Part shown: positions 63,209 to 64,000 of the stretch, one piece after another
Position numbering within the stretch: the stretch's first letter is position 1
Layout of the letters: the number at the start of each line of letters is the position of its first letter
DNA from: Octopus vulgaris
Taxonomy: Eukaryota
DNA: 64,000 nt
Assembly (NCBI GenBank): GCA_951406725.2
Contig: OX597829.1
Span: 39,432,001-39,496,000, forward strand
Direction: 5' to 3'
Notes under the pieces: model-generated
Told to the model about the DNA's origin: nothing
Seen by the model: the letters and a program-made list of their open reading frames with translations, nothing else
Database searches by the model: none
Program-made: the position numbers and the translations under genes

Positions 63209-63313
63209 GTACGTGTGTGTGTGTGTGTGTGTGTAATGAGCAAAAACAAGAGTGACAAGTTTTAACAAATGTGTTATTCGTATTAGTACAATACTTAAGA
63301 AAATGGAAGGAGT

Positions 63314-63349
63314 CTTTAATGTTTCGGGCACTAGCCCTTCATCAGAAAC
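63314..63349 (-). ncRNA. Decayed minimal type I hammerhead ribozyme motif (Penelope-like element)
   Basis: Minus strand GTTT-CTGATGA-A-GGGC tagt GCCC-GAA-ACAT-T-AAAG: intact core, 4-bp stem II, stem I TTT/AAA, stem III ACAT (probably decayed palindrome ACGT). Confidence 0.6.
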
Positions 63350-64000
63350 AGGAAAGGAGAATAAGGAAGAAAAGAGGAGGAAAGCTGATAGAAAGCAGGA
63401 GGAAAGCCAAATGCTGTGGTAAAAGACATTTGCACAAAGTACCACAAACACTGGTGGGATCAAACCCAGGAATATGTCATTGCGGAGTTAATTTGTTGGT
63501 CACACAACTGTTCCTGTGTTGGTTCTGAATTTTTATGGATTCATAGAATAATGTGAATGTACAGAACAAAACAGAAGAGAATTGTCAGAGTTAAAAATTT
63601 ATCTTGTGTTATTTTATTGAGACTCACACAAATATTCATGTAAAATATTTTCCTTTCATAAAGGATTGTTGTTTTTAAAGAAAGTTTGATATAAGAAATG
63701 GTGAATTGATTATTGGCATTAGTTTATTAGGAAAATGCCAAAGCTTTTGTTTAAGAAAGATAGAATGTTTAGACGGAGAAAAAAGAAATGAAGAAAAATT
63801 GTATATAGATTGGTTTGATTTTTTTTATTTCATAATGTCATTGAAATTTATTCCGTACTGTTGAACTACCAGCTGAATGGATCGCTGTTGGTAAATAATT
63901 TTTGGTAGAATTTTTATATAAGACCATGTTTATATTTTTGGAAAAGAAATATACTGCCAAGACACTGCCATTCTATTGACGATGCTTAGGAACCATCGTG

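Overview
AT-rich, microsatellite-dense eukaryotic genomic DNA. The repeat families look like those of octopus (coleoid cephalopod); this is recognition, not a database result. Only one host coding exon is well supported: a 113-bp + strand exon (49635-49747) encoding the canonical luminal EF-hand of STIM, so most or all of the window is probably large STIM intron. The rest is layered transposon debris. There are four abundant SINE families (my labels A-D), a 5'-truncated CR1-group LINE with an open RT frame, several RTE LINE fragments, non-autonomous Helitrons and a Helitron Pif1-helicase remnant. DNA transposons include a mariner deletion derivative, a DD37D/maT-like pseudogene and TTAA-flanked MITEs. 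There are also a possible solo LTR, two decayed Penelope-type minimal hammerhead motifs and a 1.27-kb (TTCC)n tract. Nearly all listed ORFs are repeat artefacts. The best observations are: SINE-A appears to be copied from a multimeric or circular template with one fixed junction; SINE-B shares its 3' tail with the CR1 LINE; there is a ~190-bp templated inverted insertion; and there is a 70-bp fold-back hairpin. I found no clearly new multi-gene system. Repeat boundaries were read by eye and are approximate unless target-site duplications (TSDs) or termini are quoted.
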